From an uncultured Desulfobacterales bacterium (GTDB taxonomy: Bacteria > Desulfobacterota > Desulfobacteria > Desulfobacterales > JAUVVS01): 63,011 bases of DNA. Within the stretch, counting starts at the first letter, position 1; each line of letters opens with the position of its first letter. The stretch spans positions 1-63,011 of the forward strand of contig CAZLRK010000002.1 of the NCBI GenBank assembly GCA_964561845.1. The letters are read 5' to 3'. Below the pieces are notes generated by a model. The model saw only the letters and a list, made by a program, of their open reading frames with translations, ran no database searches and was not told where the DNA came from. Below are positions 55,001 to 62,813 of this stretch, one piece after another. Position numbers and translations under genes: made by a program.

Positions 55001-56137
55001 TCAGATCATCTTTTTGTTTATCCATTCCTTGAAAAAAACATCATTAAACCGGATCTTTTTACCTTCTACATCTATGATATTTTTTTTTGTAAGCAAACTA
55101 ATGGATTTTTGTATTGATCCCGGGGTTCCCAATTCATTTTCAGATATAAAATTTTTTGAAAATATCAAGTGTTCGGGCGACTTTACAATAGCTTTGAGAA
55201 GCAGTCTCTGATGCAACGATAAACCGTCCCACACAGCAATATAGTTGGCTGATTGCTCGATAATGATATTATTCAAAACAGCATCTATATCTTCTTTTTT
55301 TACTTCTTTTGCCGGCAAACATCTGTTCCACAAGTGGTGGCACAGGTACTGCACATTATATGGCACATTCTCGCTTTTTTCCAGAACAGTATCGATAATC
55401 TTTTCTTTGATTTCTACGGGACCTTTTGAAAATTGCTTTTTTACAAACCTCAGCATCTTCTCAGGTGCTATTTTATGCAGATTCATGATATCGCCTAATT
55501 TATAAAACGCCCTGTTCGGATCCGAAGCCATGCTGTAAAGTAAATGGCGCTTACTGCCGGCAAAAAGATAAGCAACGTTATGATGGTGTTGAAAACAGGC
55601 CCTCATTAATTTTTCCAGTCTTTCACCATCGAGATTAATAATCTCCTGAAATTCATCAAAAACAACGACAAAATTATTATTGCGCTTCTCGGCGATCTTT
55701 TGCGGCGCGTCCAAAACTTCCACAAGCGAATCCAGTAGCTCTTTTTCCCTCAATTTAACATCGATCTCGATTGAAGGCAGCCCATCATCGCCTAAAATGA
55801 TTTTGGGCCTTACTTTGGGAAATAGATCTTTTATAAAATCGGATATTTTTTCTACTCTGGTTTTACTCGATCGAACGATACCTTTAGCGTAAGCTTCCAG
55901 TAGCTCACGAACAGAAGCCACCTTGTAAAAATCCATATAAAAGACGAATAGTCCCTTATTTTTAAGAAGTTCGAGGGCATTTACAATAAGAGATGTTTTA
56001 CCGTAACGTCGCGGTGAAATTAAAAAAATATTATGTCCGCCTCGAAGTTCAGTTGTTAACCGCTCAATTTCAGCGGTCCTGTCGGTGAAATTCTCACCGG
56101 TTACCACTTCACCGTAATAAAATGGATTCAGTTTCAT
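55001..56137 (-). CDS. AAA-type ATPase (archaeal-ATPase / ATPase_2-like, probable C-terminal wHTH)
   Basis: 378-aa ORF. FTDRTAEIERL..ISPRRYGKTSL P-loop and VVFDEFQ Walker B. Confidence 0.7.
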   Translation of the reverse strand: MKLNPFYYGEVVTGENFTDRTAEIERLTTELRGGHNIFLISPRRYGKTSLIVNALELLKNKGLFVFYMDFYKVASVRELLEAYAKGIVRSSKTRVEKISDFIKDLFPKVRPKIILGDDGLPSIEIDVKLREKELLDSLVEVLDAPQKIAEKRNNNFVVVFDEFQEIINLDGERLEKLMRACFQHHHNVAYLFAGSKRHLLYSMASDPNRAFYKLGDIMNLHKIAPEKMLRFVKKQFSKGPVEIKEKIIDTVLEKSENVPYNVQYLCHHLWNRCLPAKEVKKEDIDAVLNNIIIEQSANYIAVWDGLSLHQRLLLKAIVKSPEHLIFSKNFISENELGTPGSIQKSISLLTKKNIIDVEGKKIRFNDVFFKEWINKKMI

Positions 56138-56321
56138 GCCCCACGCCCAATTATTCCTTTAAGAATTATTCTTATAGGCATAATTCCATAAGACATAACA
56201 AAAGTCAACCTATTTTTATTTAGCACATAAGTTCCCAAAAAGAACTCCTCAGAAACCTCCCTTAGCTCGATAAACAACATCGAGGCCATTGCGGATTTCT
56301 GGAGGGATCCGCCGCGGCGGA

Positions 56322-56583
56322 GGCCGGTAATTTATTCCGCCTGGCGAGGCTGAACTTTTCAATCTGGATATGGGATGATTAGTGGTCGCACTTAGTTGTG
56401 GCATGCTGGATAATCGTAACGATCAGATGCGTGGTTCGTGATATAGGGAGATTCGCCGAAAATTTTTCAAAAAACTATAAGGAGAAGTGCGTCCAAAAAT
56501 TAGCCGTTCTTCTATCTTATTGATTTAACACGTTTATTGAAAAGATGAATTTTATGCTTGACAGAGGTAATATGGGATGTCCC
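56322..56583 (+). repeat. R-family repeat, copy R7 (modules C2-D, full length)
   Basis: Nearly identical to 62573-62813. About 85-90 percent identical by eye to 59444-59704. Confidence 0.92.
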
Positions 56584-56982
56584 GGATTATCACTAGCCCA
56601 AAGGGATAGAAGTTCTATGCTGAATTAAAGCGACAGGTCTACAAGATATTTTCATTTTATTTTCTTAAATGATAATCGATCATTTATGTAGATTGATATA
56701 ACAACTCTGGCGATTGACCGCAAAAAATGATAGGGGCTTTTGTAGTACAATTGATTTTTATTTGTCATAGGCATTATAGTATTTATAGGGGTATTTATTT
56801 TTTCTTTTTATTATAATTAGTTATATGTGTGGTTGTGTGAATTTTATTTCATATTCACATGTTTTTTTCTATTAGGCCACTTCTCAAATCTATCAATTAT
56901 TCCGTCAGGTATTGCCTTAGAACATATAACTGGCAACCCTAATTCATCCTTTATTTTTTGAACTAGTTCTTCTTGGCTCAAC

Positions 56983-57780
56983 TCATAAATCAATATCTCC
57001 CTTGTTAATTATGATTTCTTTTTGTGATTTCGAGAGTTTTTTAATTTTTTGTTCCATCTTTAACGCCGACGATTTGCTCCCTATTTTTTTTTGAAACACC
57101 AACTCGAGAGGGCCCCTGCCACGAAGATATTTCGCGCCCTGTTTTACCATTTTCTGATGTTTTTCAAAACGCCTGGTAACATCATTTGATATACCTGTAT
57201 ACAGTGTACCATCGTGGCATCTGATCATGTATAAATACCACTCGGCTTTCTCCGCTTCCAACTGCGCCACCCATAGTTTTAAAGCTTTCCTAACTTTTTG
57301 ATCTATAAAGGAAAAAATATGTTGAACAGTATCGCGGGAACTAGAACGTGTATGGCCAGCCACCTTTGTAACCTCGAACTTTAACTGGTCATGAAATTCG
57401 TAATATTTGCCGTATAAAGATGCGTTTCTTAACAGACGATTACCTCCCCTACTATGGAAACCGCTGCTTTCCAACCGGGCCCTTCTTGACAAAAGCCCTT
57501 CAACACACTGGGAATCAGAATAAATATGGAGTTTCTCCGACTCGGAAATGGTTGATCCAATACAATATTCTTCCAAAGCCCACAAAACTGTTTGGACCTC
57601 AAGTTTTGTAGAAGAAGTGTCTTCAAATCTTTTTAACACCAGAATTTCGTTCAGTTCCGATATTTTAATCAGGTTTGATGGGGTTTTAATAAACGATTCA
57701 GGAACGATAAGATAACCGCCCACACCAACTTTGAGTCCAGGATTCAAACTTGCATCGGTAAAGAGAGAATAATTGTTCAT
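56983..57780 (-). CDS. Fusion protein: RNase H (type 1)-like domain + GIY-YIG nuclease domain
   Basis: N-terminus has FTDAS.. / ..KLEVQTVLWALE / IYSDSQ / VAGH / FID (DEDD-H pattern). C-terminus has WYLYMIRCHDGTLYTGISNDVTRRFEKHQ..GAKYLRGRGPLELVF (GIY-YIG). Confidence 0.7.
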   Translation of the reverse strand: MNNYSLFTDASLNPGLKVGVGGYLIVPESFIKTPSNLIKISELNEILVLKRFEDTSSTKLEVQTVLWALEEYCIGSTISESEKLHIYSDSQCVEGLLSRRARLESSGFHSRGGNRLLRNASLYGKYYEFHDQLKFEVTKVAGHTRSSSRDTVQHIFSFIDQKVRKALKLWVAQLEAEKAEWYLYMIRCHDGTLYTGISNDVTRRFEKHQKMVKQGAKYLRGRGPLELVFQKKIGSKSSALKMEQKIKKLSKSQKEIIINKGDIDL

Positions 57781-57799
57781 TAATAAGAGGATTTACGGT

Positions 57800-57994
57800 T
57801 CAGACGCGTATTTCCTTAACACGCCCAACCTCGCCGCTTTCCAAACGGACTTTAATGCCGTGGGGGTGATGGGGAGATTTTGTCAAAATGTCTTTCACTA
57901 TACCTTTAGTGAGATTTCCCGATCGTTGGTCTTTTTTTAATACAATCAAAACCGGCAACCCGGGTTTTATATTCACACGAGTTGTACTATTCAT
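57800..57994 (-). CDS. YwbE-family small protein (DUF2196)
   Basis: 64-aa ORF. IKPGLPVLIVLKKDQRSGNLTKGIVKDILTKSPHHPHGIKVRLESGEVGRVKEI matches the YwbE family as I remember it. Confidence 0.7.
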   Translation of the reverse strand: MNSTTRVNIKPGLPVLIVLKKDQRSGNLTKGIVKDILTKSPHHPHGIKVRLESGEVGRVKEIRV

Positions 57995-58060
57995 AATTTA
58001 CCTCATGTAAGATATGGTATAGTCCAGATACATAGGTGACATTATAGTTTTGATACATTA

Positions 58061-58411
58061 TTATTTTTTCGTTTTATAGCGATTGGGTTCATCGAAATAC
58101 GTAATATCCGCATATCCAGCGTAAATTTTTCCGGAATGTTTAACTCCTGAAGGGATGTAATATCTATCACCTTTGGTATAGGTTTCCTTTTTTCCACCAA
58201 TCGTCAGGTCAATCTTGCCCTCCAAAACGATACCGATCTGGGCAGCATGAGAATGTTCCGGTAATTCAACATCCTTTTCGAATTCCATAAAAATTATTTG
58301 ATGAGTATCGGATTGAGAAAGATATGCTTTTATTCCTTCTAACGGTATATCAGCTTCAGGAAGATTTTTGATAGGATCTGGAAATACTTCTGACATTGAA
58401 ACTCCTTTCAT
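58061..58411 (-). CDS. Cupin domain protein
   Basis: 116-aa ORF. LPEHSHAAQIGIVLEGK..GDRYYIPSGVKHSG is a cupin metal-site pattern. Confidence 0.8.
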   Translation of the reverse strand: MKGVSMSEVFPDPIKNLPEADIPLEGIKAYLSQSDTHQIIFMEFEKDVELPEHSHAAQIGIVLEGKIDLTIGGKKETYTKGDRYYIPSGVKHSGKIYAGYADITYFDEPNRYKTKK

Positions 58412-58582
58412 TCATTGAGTATAACTTTTGGATAATCCGCTTGTAACCTTTCCACTGCATTTCGAAAAATAGATGAAGTTCTGTTCTTGCACGAAATGTA
58501 AGAAAAGTGCAGAGGCACAAGTCGATGTTCATTCTATCGTTATCTTTGTTCTTTTTTTTCTTGAAGAATACTAACCTGTTTA

Positions 58583-59212
58583 TCAATTAGGGAATACTAC
58601 TACACGATATTGTTCATGATCAACAATTCCATATTCAATCTGATCTGGATCCCATGTAACATTATTCGTCTCGTACAGTGATCGTGAAAAGCAAAATATG
58701 CCTGGATTCTTAGAACAAAAACGTTCCATCTTTCTATATATCTTCCCTGCGTCACTCCAACCACGATTGATTTCCTTTTTCTGTGGGAAAAAATTAACGT
58801 CCATCCCACCTCCTTGACAATGACTTAGAAAGTGCCCTCTTTCTTTACCATGATAATGATGGGTAAAATCTGGTATAAAGCCAGCCTGACGGTTTTCATC
58901 TCGGGCATCTGTCGTTGATTGAGATAAACCAAAGAAACAAACGACGCGTTCGTAATTGTAATCAAAAAGACATTGATAGTGACCATCTGAGAATTCTAGA
59001 ATTTCATTAGATGTCTGGATCATTTCATTGTACGCATCTATCCACACATTCGAAAGTTCATTCAGAACCCATGCCTCAATTTCTTCTTTTCTACATTCAG
59101 TTTTTGCACGAGAGTAAAGCATATCATAATCAATATTACTTAGTTGGATTATACCTGAAGCAACTGCTTCATCGATTTCTCTCCATAGATTCGTCGTATC
59201 CGTCATCAGCAC
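58583..59212 (-). CDS. Hypothetical protein with a NucA / DNA-RNA non-specific endonuclease-like beta-beta-alpha-Me motif
   Basis: ERGHFLSHCQGGGMDVNFFPQKKEINRGWSDAGKIYRKME parallels the DRGH..N..PQ..N.G.W..E active-site pattern. No signal peptide is visible. Confidence 0.5.
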   Translation of the reverse strand: MLMTDTTNLWREIDEAVASGIIQLSNIDYDMLYSRAKTECRKEEIEAWVLNELSNVWIDAYNEMIQTSNEILEFSDGHYQCLFDYNYERVVCFFGLSQSTTDARDENRQAGFIPDFTHHYHGKERGHFLSHCQGGGMDVNFFPQKKEINRGWSDAGKIYRKMERFCSKNPGIFCFSRSLYETNNVTWDPDQIEYGIVDHEQYRVVVFPN

Positions 59213-59443
59213 GATTTTTTTAAAGTTGAACTGATATTCCTTGTCAGAAGATAGTGAGTGATCGGAATTTTTCCGGAACGAGCGGGAAAATACGGAAAAA
59301 ATTCTGCCCGAATGGAAAAATACGGCATTTTCTTTTTTACAGTTAGTCTTAACATGAAAAACGGCAGGTTACAAATGTTTATGGATAGGAAGCAACTTTC
59401 TTCTTGTATAATTTGCAGACGAATCTCTGAAAGGACAATACCG

Positions 59444-59704
59444 GGCCGGTAATTTATTCCGCCTGGCGAGGCTGAACTTTTCAATCTGGATATGGGATGA
59501 TTAGTGGCAGCTTTAGTTGTGGCATATTGGATAATTGTAACGATCAGATGCGTGGTTTGCGATATGGAGAGATTCGCCGAAAAATAGTCAGTAAACTATA
59601 AGGAGAAGTATGCCCAAAAACTAGCCGTTCTTTTATCTTATTGATTTAGCACGCTTATTAAGATTATGAACTTTATGCTTGACAGAGGTAATATGGGATG
59701 TCCC
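59444..59704 (+). repeat. R-family repeat, copy R8 (modules C2-D)
   Basis: ggccggtaatttattccgcctggcgaggctgaacttttcaatctggatatgggatgattagtgg.. to ..tgcttgacagaggtaatatgggatgtccc. Confidence 0.92.
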
Positions 59705-59751
59705 ATATGATCAAATCATTAATATGTCATAATATTAAAATTCACCTGTAC

Positions 59752-61059
59752 TTAGCTTTTGGGATTCAAATTCTTCAGACGAATCGTGGCCGCATAGCGA
59801 TGGGCGTCCATACCTTCGTATTTTGCTTGCGTCTCAGCGTACTTGGCCAACTTCAGCGAAGCTTGCAGGGTTGTCTCCATGTGAGTGATGACTTTCAAAA
59901 ACATTCCGACCCAAAGACCTCCCGTATAGCGAGCTGCCTCACCTGTGGGCAGGGTATGGTTGGGCCCGGCAATTTTATCGGCAAAAACTTCAGCCGTATT
60001 TTCACCTATAAACGCGGAGCCGTAGTGTTTGAGCATGGTCAAGGCCTGCCTCGGTTTGGTGGTATGAATCTCAAGGTGCTCAGGCGCGTATTCATTGGCA
60101 TATCGTGCTGCATGATTTAAGTTATCTACGACAACAACCACTCCTTTGTTTTCCCATGAGGCCCGGGCCACTTCTTCGGTCGTTCTTTGCTTTAGCTGGC
60201 GCTCAATTTCATCCATAGTTTGCCTGGCCAAGGATTCGGATACGGTTACAAGACAACCCCGGGCATTGGGATCGTGCTCACATTGAGCCAAGAGATCTGC
60301 CGCCAAGTAATCGGCCCTGGCGGATTCGTCGGCAATAATCAGCACTTCGCTGGGACCGGCGAGAAAATCGATTCCGACGGCTCCGAAGACCTGTCGCTTT
60401 GCCTCTGTGACAAATTGATTACCGGGGCCGACAATCAGATCCACGCGGGAAATAGATTCTGTCCCATAAGCCAATGCTCCAATTGCCTGGATTCCTCCAA
60501 GACAGTAAATTTCATCCACTTCCATTTTATGCATTGTATAAAGTATTCCGGGATTAATAGCCCCTTGACTTCCCGGTGGGCTGCAGGCAACGACTCGGCC
60601 GACACCGGCGACTTTTGCCGGAATGACCGACATTACAGCCGCCGTCAAGCAAGGATATCTACCTGCCGGAACGTAGCAACCACAAGAATCAACCGGAATA
60701 ATTCGATGGCCCATCTTCATACCCGAACCTATTTCTTTGTCAAACTCAACCATGCTCTTTTTCTGGGCCTGAGCAAAAGCAGTAACCTGGGAAATGGCAA
60801 AGTCAAGCTCCTCGATTACTTTTACCGGAAGTTCTTTCTTGGCCTTAGCCGCCTGATCAGGCGTGATCCTGAAGGAGGGAGGATCATAATTATCAAATTT
60901 TTTCTCGTAGTAGCGAAGTGCGCTATCTCCTCTTTGTTTTACCTCGGCAAGAATGGAGCGCACCGTCTCTTGAAGTTGGGTAACATCTTCCTCGGCCACG
61001 GGTTTCGCACTTTTTATCTCTCTGTAATACATATGATTAGCATCCTTATTTTTAGGCAA
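59752..61059 (-). CDS. Histidinol dehydrogenase family protein (HisD or a HisD-like paralog)
   Basis: 435-aa ORF. GPGNQFVTEAKRQVFGAVGIDFLAGPSEVLIIAD..DLLAQCEHD..EYAPEHLEI are HisD family motifs. No other his genes lie nearby. Confidence 0.8.
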   Translation of the reverse strand: MPKNKDANHMYYREIKSAKPVAEEDVTQLQETVRSILAEVKQRGDSALRYYEKKFDNYDPPSFRITPDQAAKAKKELPVKVIEELDFAISQVTAFAQAQKKSMVEFDKEIGSGMKMGHRIIPVDSCGCYVPAGRYPCLTAAVMSVIPAKVAGVGRVVACSPPGSQGAINPGILYTMHKMEVDEIYCLGGIQAIGALAYGTESISRVDLIVGPGNQFVTEAKRQVFGAVGIDFLAGPSEVLIIADESARADYLAADLLAQCEHDPNARGCLVTVSESLARQTMDEIERQLKQRTTEEVARASWENKGVVVVVDNLNHAARYANEYAPEHLEIHTTKPRQALTMLKHYGSAFIGENTAEVFADKIAGPNHTLPTGEAARYTGGLWVGMFLKVITHMETTLQASLKLAKYAETQAKYEGMDAHRYAATIRLKNLNPKS

Positions 61060-61165
61060 TCTTGTCTGCCGCAGTACTTTGGCATATTATATATTTTAGG
61101 CATTCTTTTAATTACCCGGAATTTGTTTTAAAAGAAAACATCGCTTTTAACCCTTGGGCTTCGGC

Positions 61166-61297
61166 TTATCCGGACCAGGAAAATTCGTCCACTATTTCTT
61201 TGTCAAAGATGAGGCATTGCTTTTTCAACGCGGATAAAGCAAAAATGGCGAATAGTGAATATGCTTCTGCTACAGCACTACATATTGAAGCATCCAT
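61166..61297 (-). CDS. Candidate 43-codon small ORF in R9 module A (MDASICSAVAEAYSLFAIFALSALKKQCLIFDKEIVDEFSWSG)
   Basis: ATG lies about 20 nt downstream of the module-B promoter-like motif. Homologous frame in R2/R4 is MGASICCAEAEAYTQFIIFALFALKKQCLIF. About half of the codon differences are synonymous. No clear Shine-Dalgarno. Confidence 0.3.
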   Translation of the reverse strand: MDASICSAVAEAYSLFAIFALSALKKQCLIFDKEIVDEFSWSG

Positions 61298-61618
61298 CAA
61301 TACATACAATAACATTCCGAATAACCAAAGCGGGCTTTATTGTCAATATCGATTTTTTGCGGTGAAATTGAGATTTTAGGCAAATTCGAATCCGCCGCCG
61401 GATTTGGCTGTGGCTGGATTTTTTTTAAAGGTAGGTTTCAATTGGATAATCGTAACGGTCAGATGCGTGGTTCGTGATATAGGGAAATTCGCCGATAATT
61501 TTTCCATAAACTATAAGGAGAAGTGCGCTTAAAATTAGTTGTTCTTGTATCTTATTGATTTTACACGCTTATTGAAACTTTGAACTTTATACTTGACAGA
61601 GGAAATATAGGATGTCCC
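61205..61618 (+). repeat. R-family mosaic repeat, copy R9 (modules A-B-C1-D, most complete)
   Basis: Aligns to R2 (A, B), R1 (B, C1, D) and R7 (D). Confidence 0.92.
61318..61346 (-). promoter_or_regulatory. Candidate sigma-70 promoter in R9 module B (TTGACA-17-TATTCG) facing the small ORF and the hisD-family gene
   Basis: Same motif as in R1 (31485-31513) and R2 (42048-42076, TTGACA-17-TATACA). An overlapping plus-strand TTGTCA-17-TGAAAT lies at 61340-61368. Confidence 0.4.
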
Positions 61619-61703
61619 CGAGTTCACACTGTGCCTTAATTCACGATTCAAGCTTTGATACCGATATCCAATCCCGATCTGTTCCTTGAATTCCTGATTA
61701 CAC

Positions 61704-62066
61704 TTATAAAGGAAGAATACGGGCTCGCAATTTTTTTTGGTCAATAGTGACTATCGCACCATCTTTGAGGTGCTTCTCAAACTGGTGAAGCGCTGAAACC
61801 ACAAGCAAGTATAGGTGTTCGGGAGTCACATCTTGGGTACGAACTTGAATTACACTTGGACAATCAGCTTTGGTAGCAGCAAGTATGGTTCCAAAATCCA
61901 GATCATGCGTGAAAACGACATATCCATTGGACCTGGCATATTCCAGAATTTCATAATCCGGAGCGTCTGGTCGGCCGATACTGGACCAGTGGGTTGCTTC
62001 CAAACCCGCTTCCTTTAGTACGGACACCCACTTCGGGGAAAGATTCATGTCTATTAATAGCTTCAT
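61704..62066 (-). CDS. PIN-like toxin candidate (DUF5615 / Mut7-C-like)
   Basis: 120-aa ORF. MKLLIDMNLSP.W...L......H......PD.EIL..A......V.T.D.DF pattern. 4-nt overlap with the DUF433 gene. Confidence 0.65.
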   Translation of the reverse strand: MKLLIDMNLSPKWVSVLKEAGLEATHWSSIGRPDAPDYEILEYARSNGYVVFTHDLDFGTILAATKADCPSVIQVRTQDVTPEHLYLLVVSALHQFEKHLKDGAIVTIDQKKLRARILPL

Positions 62067-62299
62067 GCCGATGTCGAAACGAGTGGAACGTCTATTTCTT
62101 CAACACGCCATGCGGCGTAAGAGAGTGCCTCGTCAATGTCTTTAGCTTCCAGATAGGAATACAATTTCAAAATTTCCTCCTTGGTGTGTCCCGAGGCAAC
62201 AAGGCCGACTATCATCCCTACAGTTACACGCATGCCACGAATGCAGGGTTTCCCTCCCATGATATCGGGATCGAAGGTAATTCTGTTTAACGGTATCAT
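62063..62299 (-). CDS. DUF433-family antitoxin-like protein
   Basis: 78-aa ORF. ITFDPDIMGGKPCIRGMRVTVGMIVGLVASGHTKEEIL..Y..L...DI.EAL.YA is typical of DUF433. Confidence 0.75.
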   Translation of the reverse strand: MIPLNRITFDPDIMGGKPCIRGMRVTVGMIVGLVASGHTKEEILKLYSYLEAKDIDEALSYAAWRVEEIDVPLVSTSA

Positions 62300-62572
62300 T
62301 TTAGACCTCCACTGATAATTTTTTTTGCCCTGAAGTAATTATACTGTGTCACGCCTCTTACTGCAAGTTTTTCTTTTTTGGAATACCTTTTGGAATAATT
62401 TCCGTGACGTGGTTATCCGAGTTGGTATCGACTTGTCAAATGCCAACTTTCATGAAAAATGGACGGAACAATTTGCAGTATCGATTAAGGTATATAACCC
62501 CCTAATAAACCATTTTACATTTTCGGCGAGAAGGTCCGACAAACGATGTCGGTGCCATATGGCACAAATATA

Positions 62573-62813
62573 GGCGGGACTGAACTTTTCAATCTGGATA
62601 TGGGATGATTAGTGGTCGCACTTAGTTGTGGCATGCTGGATAATCGTAACGATCAGATGCGTGGTTCGTGATATAGGGAGATTCGCCGAAAATTTTTCAA
62701 AAAACTATAAGGAGAAGTGCGTCCAAAAATTAGCCGTTCTTCTATCTTATTGATTTAACACGTTTATTGAAAAGATAAATTTTATGCTTGACAGAGATAT
62801 TATAGGATGTCCC
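62573..62813 (+). repeat. R-family repeat, copy R10 (modules C2-D)
   Basis: Nearly identical to R7 except close to the 3-prime terminus (..gacagagatattataggatgtccc). Confidence 0.92.

Noticed and set aside
56478-56530. A mini-ORF after the AAGGAG motif inside module D (plus strand: ctataAGGAGaagtGTGcgtcc...)
   Set aside because: The start codon is GTG in R7, R10 and R3, GTA in R2 and ATG followed by an early stop in R8. Frame and length are not conserved, so the Shine-Dalgarno-like motif is probably coincidental or structural.
56322-56583. The R repeats as canonical integron attC sites
   Set aside because: Read in the gene-sense strand, I found no conserved RYYYAAC ... GTTRRRY pair at the ends. 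A GTTAAAT in R7 is internal and not conserved in R2, R8 or R9. The length is 2-4 times that of attC, and no intI is in the window. Only the integron-like organisation is retained as a finding.
60220-61131. Long plus-strand ORFs antisense to strong minus-strand genes (for example 60220-61131 at 303 aa, 30347-31078 at 243 aa, 19793-20359, 5567-6115, 11845-12372, 40941-41458)
   Set aside because: They are shadow ORFs. The opposite strand encodes proteins with clear family motifs (HisD, CoADR, OMT, GATase and others), and the antisense translations are low-complexity with no recognisable motifs.
41935-62813. The R-family repeats as a CRISPR array
   Set aside because: Repeat units are 100-460 bp, modular and separated by 0.6-6 kb of protein-coding DNA. 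There are no short regular spacers and no cas genes in the window.
41935-62813. The R copies as a diversity-generating retroelement (template/variable repeat pairs)
   Set aside because: The repeats are intergenic rather than at the 3-prime end of a target gene. Differences between copies are not confined to adenine positions, and no reverse transcriptase is present.
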